The notes beneath the pieces were generated by a model, which saw only the letters and a program-made list of their open reading frames with translations, did not search any database and was not told the DNA's origin. A stretch of DNA of 64,000 bases from Pirellulales bacterium (GTDB taxonomy: Bacteria > Planctomycetota > Planctomycetia > Pirellulales > JAICIG01), in contig JBBDYJ010000006.1 in assembly GCA_040901675.1 (NCBI GenBank), positions 125,288-189,287 of the forward strand, given 5' to 3'. The position numbers were made by a program, and so were the translations under genes. Of the stretch, positions 1-9,830 are shown piece by piece. Each line of letters starts with the position of its first letter. Within the stretch, counting starts at the first letter, position 1.

Positions 1-2
1 GC

Positions 3-755
3 ACGGCCGCCCGGGCCATGGCGGGCATGGCCACGCCGCTCGGCGCCGGCGGCCCGGCCGACGACAAGCCGCTGGTGGCGGCCACCATGTTCGGCGTGAC
101 GACGCCCTGCGTCGAGCGGGCGCGCGAGGTGCTCGACCAGGCCGGCTACGAGGTGGTGGTGTTTCATGCCACCGGCAACGGCGGCCAGGCGATGGAATCG
201 CTGATCCGCGACGGCTTTTTTGCCGGCGTGCTGGACATCACCACGACCGAGCTGGCCGACGAGCTGGTCGGTGGAGTTCTTTCCGCGGGGCCCGATCGGC
301 TCACGGCGGCCGCCCGCAGCGGCCTGCCGCAGGTTGTTTCCGTGGGGGCGACCGACATGGTCAACTTCCATGCGCCCGAGACGGTGCCGTCGCGGTTTGC
401 GGGCCGCACCTTCTATCAGCACAATCCGAACGTGACGCTGATGCGGACCACGGCCGACGAAAACGCACGGATCGGCGCCGAGATCGGCCGCAAACTGGCG
501 GTTTGCACGGGCCCGGCCGCCATTGTTTTGCCTCGGCGGGGCGTGTCGGCCATCGACCGGGCCGGGCAGCCCTTCGACGACCCGGCGGCCCGGCGATTGC
601 TCTTCGAGGCGATTCGCGAATCCGCGGGTCCGACCGAAATCATCGAGCTGGACCAGCACATCAACGATCCAGCCTTCGCCGAGGCCGCCGCCAACAAACT
701 CCTGGCATTGATGTCCGCCCCGTCGAGTCGGCCGCTGACGGGCAATGCTCCATGA
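3..755 (+). CDS. Tm-1-like ATP-binding domain protein (UPF0261 family), 5'-partial
   Basis: Frame open from the window edge; motifs [45 protein letters not shown] and HINDPAFA match UPF0261/Tm-1. Confidence 0.9.
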   Translation, partial: TAARAMAGMATPLGAGGPADDKPLVAATMFGVTTPCVERAREVLDQAGYEVVVFHATGNGGQAMESLIRDGFFAGVLDITTTELADELVGGVLSAGPDRLTAAARSGLPQVVSVGATDMVNFHAPETVPSRFAGRTFYQHNPNVTLMRTTADENARIGAEIGRKLAVCTGPAAIVLPRRGVSAIDRAGQPFDDPAARRLLFEAIRESAGPTEIIELDQHINDPAFAEAAANKLLALMSAPSSRPLTGNAP

Positions 756-830
756 CCAATGTCCCCACTCCTTATCCCTCTGTCGTCGTCTCGCAACTGA
801 CCACCGTCCACTGACCACCGACCACTGTTG
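743..830. repeat. Degenerate heptamer tandem repeats (STRR-like)
   Basis: CAATGCT-CCATGAC-CAATGTC at 743-763 across the stop codon; ACTGACC-ACCGTCC-ACTGACC-ACCGACC-ACTGTTG at 796-830. Confidence 0.6.
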
Positions 831-834
831 TTCC

Positions 835-1671
835 ATGGCCTTATTCTCCCGGCACGATATCCTGGCGCGGCTTCGGGCCAAAGTGGCCTCGGGCAAACCG
901 ATTGTGGGAGGGGGCGCGGGCACCGGCCTGAGCGCCAAGCTGTCGGAGGCCGGCGGCATCGACCTGCTGGTCATCTACAATTCGGGCCGATTCCGGATGG
1001 CGGGGCGGGGCTCGCTGGCCGGCTTGTTGCCGTACGGCGACGCCAACGCCATCGTGATGGAGATGGCAGGCGAAGTGCTGCCGGTCGTTTCGCACACACC
1101 GGTGCTGGCGGGCGTCTGCGGCACCGACCCGTTTCGCGTGATGAAGCTGTTTCTGGCCGAGGTCGACCGCGCCGGCTTCTCGGGCGTGCAGAACTTTCCA
1201 ACCGTGGGCCTGTTCGACGGCGCATTCCGCTCGAACCTGGAGGAGACCGGCATGGGCTTTGGCCTCGAGGTCGACATGATCCGCCTGGCCTCCCAGATGG
1301 GACTGTTGACGACGCCCTATGCCTTTAATCCTGACGAGGCGGCGGCCATGGCTGGCGCCGGGGCCGACATCCTTATCCCGCACGTGGGGCTGACCACCAA
1401 GGGCCTGATCGGGGCCGGCACCGCGGTGAGCCTCGACGAGGCCGCCGCGCGGGTGCAGGCCATGCATGACGCCGCGCGGCGTGTGAACGCGGAGCTGCTG
1501 GTGCTGTGCCATGGAGGACCGATCGCCGAGCCGGGCGATGCACAGTACATCCTCGACCATACCGAGGGGATCGTGGGCTTCTATGGGGCCAGCAGCATGG
1601 AGCGTCTGCCCGTCGAGCCGGCGATCACCGGCCGCGTCCGCGAGTTCACAGAGTTAGTGCTTAGTGCTTAG
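835..1671 (+). CDS. Phosphoenolpyruvate hydrolase-like TIM-barrel protein
   Basis: [61 protein letters not shown]; usual partner of UPF0261; ATG at 835. Confidence 0.92.
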   Translation: MALFSRHDILARLRAKVASGKPIVGGGAGTGLSAKLSEAGGIDLLVIYNSGRFRMAGRGSLAGLLPYGDANAIVMEMAGEVLPVVSHTPVLAGVCGTDPFRVMKLFLAEVDRAGFSGVQNFPTVGLFDGAFRSNLEETGMGFGLEVDMIRLASQMGLLTTPYAFNPDEAAAMAGAGADILIPHVGLTTKGLIGAGTAVSLDEAAARVQAMHDAARRVNAELLVLCHGGPIAEPGDAQYILDHTEGIVGFYGASSMERLPVEPAITGRVREFTELVLSA

Positions 1672-1681
1672 TGCTCATAGC
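1654..1681. repeat. Heptamer tandem repeat (TTAGTGC)x3 + TCATAGC
   Basis: Direct reading; spans the junction and both stop codons of two convergent genes. Confidence 0.7.
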
Positions 1682-3075
1682 GAGCGGCGGATGATGGGGG
1701 CGAAAATCCTCATGGGCTGCAAAGCCAGGATCTTGGCGCGGGCGGCGCCGGGATGATGAATCCGCTGCGGTCCGGCCCGGCCGTCGGGGCGGATGTAGTG
1801 GGCGTGGCCCATGTTCTCGGCGATGGAGGCGGTCAGTAACCCTACGAATTCCGGGTCGTAAACGACCACGGCCAGCTCGGTGTTGAGGTGCTCCGAGCGG
1901 GGATCGAAGTTGTACGAGCCGACCATCGCAACCGAGCCGTCGATCAAGGCGCTCTTGGCGTGAAAGCGGGCCGGGCCGGTATATTCCCACAGTTCGACGC
2001 CCTCGTTGAGCAGGAAGCGCTTCTGGTTGGAGTAGCCGGCGTAAACCAGAATCTGGTCGGTGCTGGCCAGCGAGTTGGTCATGATGCGGATCGCCACTCC
2101 GCGGGCCCGGGCGTCGCGGATCACCTGTTTCAGCGTGGTCGACAAGGTAAAGTAGGGCGACTCGAGGAACACGCTGTGCTGGGCCCGCTCGATCAACTCG
2201 TGGATGCGGGGGCTGATCCCTTCGGGGTGGTGCTTGCGGCCCATCGGATCGAACAGGAAATCGACGCAGCCCACGTCGACCTCACCGACCGACCAGTCGA
2301 TCCATGTGTCGCGCAACAACGGCTGGCAGTCGACCGCGATCGGCGTGGCGGCGGCCAGCCAGGCGGCGCCCTGGCAGCACCTGCACTGCCCATCCGGGGC
2401 ACGCGCACAGTTGCCCAGGCGGTCGAACTCGAGCTTGTCGTCCTGGATCAAACTCTGCAGCAGTGGATCCTTGAGCCGCGTGTCGCGGACTTCCGGACTG
2501 CTCCACAGGCAGTCGAAGTAGTTGCCGGCCTGCTCCGCGGAGCGCCCCTTCACATACACGTCGCGATCGATGTAGCGGGTGCGCGTCGGGATGCCGAGAT
2601 GGCGCTTGACGTTGGCCAGGCCGAAGTGCCGCTCGTCGAGATTGCGGCTGCCGATGATCATCTCCGCGCGGTCGATCAGCAGCAGCTTGTCGTGGAGGCG
2701 GCGGTTGATCCAGCCGGGCCGCTTGCACTCCAGCGTGTGATACTCCTTGATCCGGACGCCCACCCGCAACAGCTCCTCCTGCACCTGGGAGGGTATGTGG
2801 TTGTGCATGGCATCGACGACCAGCCGCACGGCCACGCCGCGCTGGGCCGCATCGCGCAACAGCGACAGATACATGGCGGCCAGCTTGTCGTTGGCGATCA
2901 AATAGTAGGACAGAACGATCTCGCCCTGGGCCTGCTCGATCAGGTCGATGCGAGCCTGCGCCGCCTCCCAATTCGAGTCGAGGATCCGCACCACGTCGGC
3001 TGCGGCGGCTCCGGGCCGGCAGAGGAAGAGGACGAGCAGGGTCGTGACCACCCGCCACGAACAGAGAGAGCTCAT
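1675..3075 (-). CDS. Phospholipase D family protein (ClsC/YmdC-like)
   Basis: Signal-like N-terminus; two HKD motifs (HDKLLLID...GSRN and HAKSALID...GSYNFDPRS). Confidence 0.92.
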   Translation of the reverse strand: MSSLCSWRVVTTLLVLFLCRPGAAAADVVRILDSNWEAAQARIDLIEQAQGEIVLSYYLIANDKLAAMYLSLLRDAAQRGVAVRLVVDAMHNHIPSQVQEELLRVGVRIKEYHTLECKRPGWINRRLHDKLLLIDRAEMIIGSRNLDERHFGLANVKRHLGIPTRTRYIDRDVYVKGRSAEQAGNYFDCLWSSPEVRDTRLKDPLLQSLIQDDKLEFDRLGNCARAPDGQCRCCQGAAWLAAATPIAVDCQPLLRDTWIDWSVGEVDVGCVDFLFDPMGRKHHPEGISPRIHELIERAQHSVFLESPYFTLSTTLKQVIRDARARGVAIRIMTNSLASTDQILVYAGYSNQKRFLLNEGVELWEYTGPARFHAKSALIDGSVAMVGSYNFDPRSEHLNTELAVVVYDPEFVGLLTASIAENMGHAHYIRPDGRAGPQRIHHPGAARAKILALQPMRIFAPIIRRSL

Positions 3076-3259
3076 GAGCCCGCCGGCATGGCCGCATCCT
3101 TGGCCGGTATTATCGAAATCCGCGCAAAAGGCTAGCTAAACCCTCTCATTTAGTTCGGCTTTTTTGAGCGCCGGCCGCTACACCTTGTCGCAGCTTTTGC
3201 CACCGGCAATTTCGGCCTGATTAGCAGGCATGGCGTGGCCTGGCCGCTGGTGGCAGGCT

Positions 3260-3850
3260 TTACCGCACAGCACGTCTAGGGCGGCGGGATAGGGCGACTT
3301 TGCGGTGTGGGCGGGAGGCGGAGGAGGGGCGAAAATTGCCGGGCGTCGCCAAACGGAAATACTTCGTCAGTCCCACCAGCACCCGGTGGTAGCCGTACTC
3401 TTCCATTTCAGCATAGGCGGCCGCCGGACTGACGCCTTCGTAGTGCACGCGGTATATGCCAACCACCAGGCCCACGCGGTCCTGGCCGAGCTTGCAGTGC
3501 AGGTAAACCGGGTGCATGGCGGGATCGGCCAGGATGCTCAAGGCCTGCTCGACGGTATGGTCTCGCCGCGGGAAGAAGCCCATCGGCACGTTGATGTGCC
3601 GGATGCCCCGGGCGGTGAGGGCGCGCTGCGTGCAAGCCACCTCGTCAGGGTTGTACTTGCGCAAGTCGAGCACCGTGCGGATGCCGTACCGCTGGAGCGT
3701 CTCGTAGTCGGCGCTGGTCTTCGGCGCCGAACCCCGGTAGATGCCCGGGGCCACTGCTGAAATGTCGAGGGCGCCCCGTGCTTCGCCGGGCACGGCCAGC
3801 AAGGCCACGAGGCACACCACCGCGCCGACGCTGCCGAGGTGAACGGGCAT
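3260..3850 (-). CDS. Cys-based tyrosine/dual-specificity phosphatase family protein, probably exported
   Basis: CX5R loop HCKLGQDR; GIYRGSAP and IRTVLDLR motifs; hydrophobic N-terminus from ATG 3850. Confidence 0.85.
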   Translation of the reverse strand: MPVHLGSVGAVVCLVALLAVPGEARGALDISAVAPGIYRGSAPKTSADYETLQRYGIRTVLDLRKYNPDEVACTQRALTARGIRHINVPMGFFPRRDHTVEQALSILADPAMHPVYLHCKLGQDRVGLVVGIYRVHYEGVSPAAAYAEMEEYGYHRVLVGLTKYFRLATPGNFRPSSASRPHRKVALSRRPRRAVR

Positions 3851-3866
3851 GTCGCAGCTCGCTGGC

Positions 3867-4562
3867 TCAAACGTGGCTGGCCGGGGCAACGCCGGGCCAG
3901 GCCTGCGAGCCGTCGAGGGCAGCCGTGGAGAGCGAGCCAGCCAGCCGTCGCTGCCGCGAAGGGGCTGCGGCGGCAAGCTCCTTGTGGAGGATCGCGAGTT
4001 GCGCCAGCGGCGTTTCGACATCTGCTAGCCAAGCTTTCATGCGGTGGATGCTGCTGGCGATTCGAAGTGGGGCCACGTCGCGCAGAAGCAGCTCATAGAT
4101 TATCTTAGCTCCGACGGCATCCGCGTGCCGGAAGTAGGCCACCCCCTGAAGCCTTTGGACCGGGGAAAAAAGGCCCCAGCGGACCCAGGCTTCGAGGGTG
4201 CCGATTGGAAGGGCCAGGAAGGCGGCCAATTGGGCCGGCGTGGCCACCGGGGAAGGCACGGTCCGGGGCGGGACGCCCAGCCAATTCAGAAAGTCCGGCT
4301 CCGAAACAATCGAAATCGGGCAGCCGCGCCGGGCCAGGCGGCACGCCCTGCGAAACCGGCGCGTCGGGCGGCCGTCCGGCGCCAGGGGGTAGCCTTCGTG
4401 GCCCACGACCAGGACCGACGCCTCGCGGTCCAGCCGCCGCACAAACCGTCCGCCGGAGGCGGCAATCAGCGCAGCCGCTTCGGCCCGCCTTAAGCTGGCC
4501 AGCCGGCCCGTAAACGCAATCCGTTTGGAGACGAGGAGGGGCGCTCCGGCGATCCTGATCAT
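3867..4562 (-). CDS. BRCT-domain + MerR-like HTH protein, possibly C-terminally truncated
   Basis: RIAFTGRLASLRR...GG...VLVVG...IVSEPDFL (BRCT), then TPAQLAAFLALPIGTLEAWVRWGLF (MerR-like HTH). Confidence 0.7.
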   Translation of the reverse strand: MIRIAGAPLLVSKRIAFTGRLASLRRAEAAALIAASGGRFVRRLDREASVLVVGHEGYPLAPDGRPTRRFRRACRLARRGCPISIVSEPDFLNWLGVPPRTVPSPVATPAQLAAFLALPIGTLEAWVRWGLFSPVQRLQGVAYFRHADAVGAKIIYELLLRDVAPLRIASSIHRMKAWLADVETPLAQLAILHKELAAAAPSRQRRLAGSLSTAALDGSQAWPGVAPASHV

Positions 4563-4626
4563 TGGCTGCGGCTCGTGGGGGAACGCAAAAAAAAATTGCT
4601 TTTTGGAGGGCGGCCAGGCTGCATCC

Positions 4627-4641
4627 GCAACTGGCATGCCC
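4627..4641 (-). promoter_or_regulatory. Putative sigma54 (-24/-12) promoter
   Basis: Minus strand reads GGGCATGCCAGTTGC (GG-N10-GC; consensus TGGCACG-N4-TTGC), about 65 nt upstream of the BRCT gene start. Confidence 0.55.
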
Positions 4642-4850
4642 AACCGAAAGGCAGGACGACAAAACCGTGGCGGGCGACCCCCGGCAGAATGGCAGCCGGC
4701 TGTCTTGCCGCGGGATCATATCGGCCCGGCCGGAACCTTGCTCAAGATTTTTATTCCACCGGGCACACCCCACCTTCGGGGATGATCGGTGGCGGTCCAG
4801 GCTGCAAGGCGCGCACCCAGGGCCGCAAGCTTGGAGGCAGGCACCCCGTC

Positions 4851-5651
4851 TCAACTGCTGGGAGGCGGCGGAATCCTGGGCGCATCGTCGGCCGGCGCGA
4901 TCGTCAGGCCGCCCGACGAGCGCAGCGTGATCTTGTACGACTTGCCTTTTTCGGTCTTGATCGACGGAGCTTCGCCATGGGCGGCCCTGACGCCGGCTTC
5001 GTCGGCGGCAGCCTTACTGTTGGCATAGATCCAGAAATCCCTCCAGATCTGTTCCTCCCACTCGCTGAGGGTCTGCCCGTCTGCATAGGCCGCGGGGCGC
5101 GAGCCGGGGCTGTCGATTTGGAATCCTTCGCTGGGGCGTTGGTACTCACCGAACAAGCGGCGGAACAAGCAGAGCGAAGTGGCCCGGAAAACGTCCCCCT
5201 CTTCGACGTACTTGTCGTCGAATTTGACTACCCAGGCGTCGACATAGACCAGGTCGCCTTCGATGGTCACTTCCTTGGGCTGGCCGAGCGGTTTCCCCTG
5301 CTTGTCCACTTCGATAAAGGCCAGGCGCGTCTCGACGCGCTGGGCCCCCTCGGGCTTCCATTGATCCAGCACGCTGATGTACGCCACTCGGTTCTCGACC
5401 TTCAACAGCCGCAAGGCGGTGTCGAGACGTTCGATCTCGCGCTTCTGCACTGAAACCGTTTCGTTCAGGCGCTGGACATTGGCGGCGGCCGCGGCCAATT
5501 CCTGGTCCTTCTTCTGCAACTGCTCGCGCAGCTCCTGGCTGGCCGCGTCGCGCGCGCTGTAAACGCGATAGCCGGCCCACCCTCCCAAGCCGACCACCCC
5601 CATGACGGCGAGCGAAGCGACCGCCTTCAAGAAGTTCGCCAAAGTTGCCAT
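4851..5651 (-). CDS. Hypothetical membrane-anchored coiled-coil protein
   Basis: 266-aa ORF with N-terminal TM, coiled coil (ELREQLQKKDQELAA) and a globular C-terminus with protein-like composition. Confidence 0.75.
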   Translation of the reverse strand: MATLANFLKAVASLAVMGVVGLGGWAGYRVYSARDAASQELREQLQKKDQELAAAAANVQRLNETVSVQKREIERLDTALRLLKVENRVAYISVLDQWKPEGAQRVETRLAFIEVDKQGKPLGQPKEVTIEGDLVYVDAWVVKFDDKYVEEGDVFRATSLCLFRRLFGEYQRPSEGFQIDSPGSRPAAYADGQTLSEWEEQIWRDFWIYANSKAAADEAGVRAAHGEAPSIKTEKGKSYKITLRSSGGLTIAPADDAPRIPPPPSS

Positions 5652-5749
5652 GAATGAACCATCTCCATGCCGAACTGGGCACTCGGTAAGAATTCGGATG
5701 CCCTGACTGGCAACTTTACCCTAAACGGAGCGATAAGCCAAAGTGCAAA

Positions 5750-7036
5750 TTGACTGCCGACAGCGTCTCCGGCGTCTCGCCGCCTCCGCCCAGTCGGAGT
5801 ATTGACGATCGTACGGCAGCCGGCGATCGGGTCCCAGGTACTCGTTCGAGAGCGGGCGGCCGGTCCGGACGGGGACGCCACGGCCCGGCCGATCAAATTT
5901 CGCTCATTCCGTGTCCCGCAAAACCCGATAAGTCCACTGCCGCGGAACCAATCAAGTGCCCCGAGCCATTCCGACCGGTGCCCGTCGAGCCATCCAACAC
6001 GATCCCGGCGGACCACCCAGTTCCTGGAAAGGGACACCCCGCGCAGGTGCGGGCCGCCATCATCAGCTCGCCCCGGTCGGGCAATACCTGGCTGCGGCGA
6101 CTTTTGAGCAGCCTGTACGAAGTCGGCGAGATAGCTGCCCACGTTCCGGACGATTTCGATTGGGCCGGCTTGCCCGAGGGCTGCGTGCTGCAGATCCATT
6201 GGAGGCCGACTCCGGAGTTTGTCCAGCGGCTGGGCGAGCACGGCTTTCACGTCGTCGTCCTGGCGCGTCATCCGTTCGACGTGTTGATTTCGATTCTGCA
6301 TTTTGCGCTGTGCGCCCCCTCCACGAGCCATTGGCTCGCCGGCGAAGGAGGGGACGAGACGCCGATCTTCGGGGCCATGCCGCGCAGCACGGCCTTTCTG
6401 GATTACGCGACTGGCGCCCGCGCGGCCGGGCTGCTCTCGGTCAGCAGCTCCTGGTGGCATCAGCCCGGCGTGCACCGTGTCCGCTACGAGGACCTGGTTC
6501 GCGATCCGTACAGCGAGCTGGCACGGCTGGTTGCCGGCCTCGACGTCCGCGCGCGCCACCGGCCGGAGGATGCGGTGGCTGCCAATACGCTCGATAAGCT
6601 GCGAGAATCGCAGTCGCGGCACTCCTTTCATTTCTGGAAAGGACAGCCCGGACTTTGGAAGTCGTTCTTGCCGATGGCCGAGGCCCGGCAAATGGCGGAG
6701 CCGCTGGCCGGGAGCTTCGCCGAGCTGGGCTATGCCTGTGATCCCGACCCGGCGCTCGACGCGCGGCAGGCCGACGCCAACTGGATCAAGCTGACCTGGT
6801 CTGAACTGGCCGGCGAGTTGCAGAACGTGTGGGAGCTGCGGCAAGCGCTCCGCGTGGCCGACGACCGGCTGCAGGCCGCGGAGCAGGAAATCGAGACGCT
6901 CAAAGCCCGCCTGGCCAGCGCTGCCCAGCTCGGTCCACTGGCGATGCACGCGGCGGGCGGTCTACGACGGCTCTCGCTGGCCCATCCGGGGCTGGCCGCG
7001 ACTTTCAAGCGGATCGTGCTTGGCCAGCGCGGCTGA
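5750..7036 (+). CDS. Sulfotransferase domain protein (start uncertain, may lie near 5978-6047)
   Basis: 5'-PAPS loop SSPRSGNTWLR, RHPFDVLIS, VRYEDL, FWKGQPGLWK; C-terminal coiled coil. Confidence 0.85.
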   Translation: MTADSVSGVSPPPPSRSIDDRTAAGDRVPGTRSRAGGRSGRGRHGPADQISLIPCPAKPDKSTAAEPIKCPEPFRPVPVEPSNTIPADHPVPGKGHPAQVRAAIISSPRSGNTWLRRLLSSLYEVGEIAAHVPDDFDWAGLPEGCVLQIHWRPTPEFVQRLGEHGFHVVVLARHPFDVLISILHFALCAPSTSHWLAGEGGDETPIFGAMPRSTAFLDYATGARAAGLLSVSSSWWHQPGVHRVRYEDLVRDPYSELARLVAGLDVRARHRPEDAVAANTLDKLRESQSRHSFHFWKGQPGLWKSFLPMAEARQMAEPLAGSFAELGYACDPDPALDARQADANWIKLTWSELAGELQNVWELRQALRVADDRLQAAEQEIETLKARLASAAQLGPLAMHAAGGLRRLSLAHPGLAATFKRIVLGQRG

Positions 7037-7164
7037 CCCGGCATCTTCGTGCACCATCGAAGCTGGCTGGCTCCTCCGCGTCGGCCCGCCGGGGCTTGAA
7101 TCGGTCTTGCGGCTGGCGGAAGATCACGTTAATCTTCCGCTCCTTTCCCGCTCGTTCTGACAGC

Positions 7165-7599
7165 GTGACTCAGACCGATCAAGCCGGTTCAGTTCGGTTT
7201 ACGCGCCGGCGGCGGCTGCTGATGGCCGCGCTGGGCGCCGGATGGATGGTGCCGTTGGTGGTCACGTTGTGGCTTGAGCCGAGCCCGACCGGGTTGGGAA
7301 CCCATCGGCAACTCGGATTGCCGCCTTGCACTTCAATTTGGCTGTTTGGAATTCGATGCCCCTCCTGCGGCATGACAACGTCCTGGGCCCATGCAGTCCG
7401 CGGCGATTGGTCCAGCGCCGTCGGGGCCAACGCAGCGGGTGCGCTGCTGGCCGCCTTGACGATGCTGGGCGGGCCCTGGTTGATGCTGTCGGCGGCCAGG
7501 GGCCGCTGGCTGCTGATTCGGCCGACCGAGCGCTTGCTGGCGGTGGGGGCCGTGATCGTGGCCGTGGTGACCCTGCTGGATTGGATACGCCGGCTCTGA
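7165..7599 (+). CDS. DUF2752-like membrane protein
   Basis: GTHRQLGLPPC...GIRCPSCGMTTSWAH motif with flanking TM helices; start GTG 7165 or ATG 7222. Confidence 0.8.
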   Translation: MTQTDQAGSVRFTRRRRLLMAALGAGWMVPLVVTLWLEPSPTGLGTHRQLGLPPCTSIWLFGIRCPSCGMTTSWAHAVRGDWSSAVGANAAGALLAALTMLGGPWLMLSAARGRWLLIRPTERLLAVGAVIVAVVTLLDWIRRL

Positions 7600-7603
7600 G
7601 CAG

Positions 7604-7692
7604 GGGGCCGCGAGTCTTTCTTGGCGTGCTTCAGCCAGACTCCCGACCCCGGCCTCCTTTTTTGAGAAAAGACAGTTTTTGAGAAAAGACAG
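7604..7692. repeat. Imperfect inverted repeat plus short direct repeat
   Basis: GGGGCCGCGAGTCT (7604-7617) pairs with AGACTCCCGACCCC (7637-7650), 12/14 matches; TTTTGAGAAAAGACAG repeated twice at about 7660-7692. Confidence 0.55.
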
Positions 7693-7727
7693 TGCCATTC
7701 ACTCCCGGACCTTTTTTTGAGGATGCG

Positions 7728-8387
7728 ATGAAACCCAACGGCTTGCGGCCGGTAAGGATGGTGGCGGCACTGCTGGTATGCGTGTCGCTGGCGGGGCAGG
7801 GGGGCTGCGTGAGCGCCCTGGCGACGGCGCTGTACGTGATCAAAGGGGCCAACGTGCCGGCGGCGTTCAACGGACTGAAGGACCAGCGGGTGGCGGTGGT
7901 CTGCCGTCCCGTGGCCGAGCTCGAATACAGCTCGACCAGCGCGGCGACCGACATCTCGGTAGCCGTGGGCCGGCTGCTGAAAAAGAACGTCCGGCACATC
8001 AAGCTGATCGACCCGGCCAAGATCGCCGACTGGACGGACGAGAACACATGGGACGACTACACCGAAATCGGCGAGGCGTTGGAGGCGGAGATGGTGCTGG
8101 GGATCGACCTGGAGGGCTTCGCGCTGCTGCAGGGGCAGACGCTGTACCAGGGGAAGGCCAAGGTGCTGATCACGGTGTACGACATGAAAAAGGGTGGGGA
8201 GATCGTTTACCAGAAGCCGCTGCCGCAGACGGTGTACCCACCGAACTCGTCGATTCCGACGCAGGACAAGCCGGAAGACGAGTTCCGGCGGCAGTTCGTG
8301 GCGGTGGTGGCCGACGAGATCGGCCGTCACTTTTACGCGCACGACGCGCATGCGGACTTTGCCAAGGACAGCATGGCGCTGAAGTAA
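7728..8387 (+). CDS. Hypothetical lipoprotein
   Basis: Signal peptide with lipobox-like GQGGC; strong coding bias. Confidence 0.75.
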   Translation: MKPNGLRPVRMVAALLVCVSLAGQGGCVSALATALYVIKGANVPAAFNGLKDQRVAVVCRPVAELEYSSTSAATDISVAVGRLLKKNVRHIKLIDPAKIADWTDENTWDDYTEIGEALEAEMVLGIDLEGFALLQGQTLYQGKAKVLITVYDMKKGGEIVYQKPLPQTVYPPNSSIPTQDKPEDEFRRQFVAVVADEIGRHFYAHDAHADFAKDSMALK

Positions 8388-8455
8388 GGGCAGGGCAGAT
8401 CGAGCGGGATAGGTTGCCTTCTACCGCGTCTGCCACGGTCTTCGCGATAAGCAAG

Positions 8456-8582
8456 AAAAGGGGATAAGTTCAATTTCGCTGAGCTAAAAAAATAAGTTCG
8501 GGGATAAGTCCACTTTCGCTGGTTAATTGGACTTATCCCCTTTTTTAATTGGACTTATCCCCTTTTTTTATCCCCTTTTTTT
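8456..8582. repeat. Nested inverted-repeat cluster GGGGATAAGTCCAATT; likely bidirectional terminator
   Basis: Forward copies at 8460 and 8500, reverse copies at 8525 and 8547, partial copy at 8568, with A/T tails, between convergent genes. Confidence 0.8.
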
Positions 8583-8609
8583 CTATCTTCCGCGGGGACG
8601 TCGTGCTGG

Positions 8610-9626
8610 CTACGCGAGGCGCGTGGAGAGCTCGTCGGCGACGGCCTGGGTGAAGGCGGTGGTGGAAAGGTCGCCGCCCAGATCGCGGGTGCGCTGACCT
8701 CGCTCGAGGACGGCGCGGGTGCTGACGTCGATCAGCGAGCCAAGCGCCGGCTCGCCCAGCTCGGCCAACAGCATCGAAAGGGCCAGGAAGATGGCGGTCG
8801 GGTTGGCCAGGTTCTTGTCGGCGATGTCCGGCGCGGTGCCGCCGGCCGGATCGAACATCGCCAACTGCACCTCGCCCCGCGCGTTGAACGAGAGGCTGGC
8901 GCTGGCGCCGATGCCCATCGAGCCGGCCAGGCCGCAGGCCATGTCGCTCAAGAAATCGCCGTACTCGTTCAAGACCAGGATCACGTTGAAACGCCCGGGA
9001 GCCATCACGATCTTGGCCAAGAGCGCGTCGAACAATTCCTCCTGGTGCACGACGTCCGCAAAGCCGGCCGCGACTTCGTCCACCACCGATTCGAACAGGC
9101 CGTCGGTGACCTTCTGGATGGTGTGCTTCGACGAGCTGGTCACCGTGGCGCCCAGCCTGCGGGCCAGCAGAAACGCGTAGTGGGCCGCCTCGCGGCAGGG
9201 CCGGCGCTCGACAATCCTTAGACTGACGGCAGCCTCGGTGCCGATCATGCGGCCGGGATCGTCGTAGGTGCCGCCGGTGGCCACGCGGATGATGTGCAGG
9301 TTCAGCTCACGGCGAAAGTTGGTGGGCACCCCGGGGATCGTGGCGACGGGGCGATGAATGACCGAGAAACCGCAGCGCTGGCGGAGGATGGCGTTGGGAC
9401 TTTCGTCGGCGGTAATCGTGGGATACTTGAGCGTGGAGCGGTTGCGGTGCATCGCCTCGGCGGCTTCGTCGTAGATTGCCGGGCCGCGGACCAGCCGGTT
9501 GGGAAGGCTGAGGTCGATCGACTCGAATTCGAGGCGGACAGGCAAGCGGGACGCAAGGGTGCGAACCGCGGCGGCCAACTCGACCGCGATGCCATCGCCC
9601 AGAAGTTCCGTAATGGTGTGGTTCAT
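8610..9626 (-). CDS. Isocitrate/isopropylmalate dehydrogenase family protein (divergent)
   Basis: GDGIAVEL, SPNAILRQ, TDGLF, NEYGDFLSD, GTAPDIADKNLANP, RTRDLGG. Confidence 0.88.
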   Translation of the reverse strand: MNHTITELLGDGIAVELAAAVRTLASRLPVRLEFESIDLSLPNRLVRGPAIYDEAAEAMHRNRSTLKYPTITADESPNAILRQRCGFSVIHRPVATIPGVPTNFRRELNLHIIRVATGGTYDDPGRMIGTEAAVSLRIVERRPCREAAHYAFLLARRLGATVTSSSKHTIQKVTDGLFESVVDEVAAGFADVVHQEELFDALLAKIVMAPGRFNVILVLNEYGDFLSDMACGLAGSMGIGASASLSFNARGEVQLAMFDPAGGTAPDIADKNLANPTAIFLALSMLLAELGEPALGSLIDVSTRAVLERGQRTRDLGGDLSTTAFTQAVADELSTRLA

Positions 9627-9670
9627 GGGGTGATGCTCGACATGTTACCGCCTGGGGGCGGGCGGGCAAG

Positions 9671-9697
9671 CTGCTGGGCAAGCCAGCAGTGGCACCC
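9671..9697. repeat. REP-like palindrome CTGCTGG-GCAAG-CCAGCAG-TGGCACCC
   Basis: 7-bp stem; near-identical copy at 11754-11782. Confidence 0.75.
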
Positions 9698-9830
9698 GAC
9701 GGGAAAGCCTCCTTGATTGGCGGAACATGGATCCCCTGTCCCCTGTCGCTTCAACACGGTAAGGTACTGTTGGGGGGTGGGTTGACACGTCTGGACCGAA
9801 GGGCTTTTCAGACGGCGGAGAACAATACCG

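Noticed and set aside
4632..4712. Resemblance to a c-di-GMP-I riboswitch (CC-GAAA-GG...ACGACAAAACC...GGCAGCCGG)
   Set aside because: Key GGCAAA and GACGCAAA motifs are imperfect and it is antisense to both flanking genes; a sigma54 site explains part of it. An Infernal search with the Rfam c-di-GMP-I model would settle it
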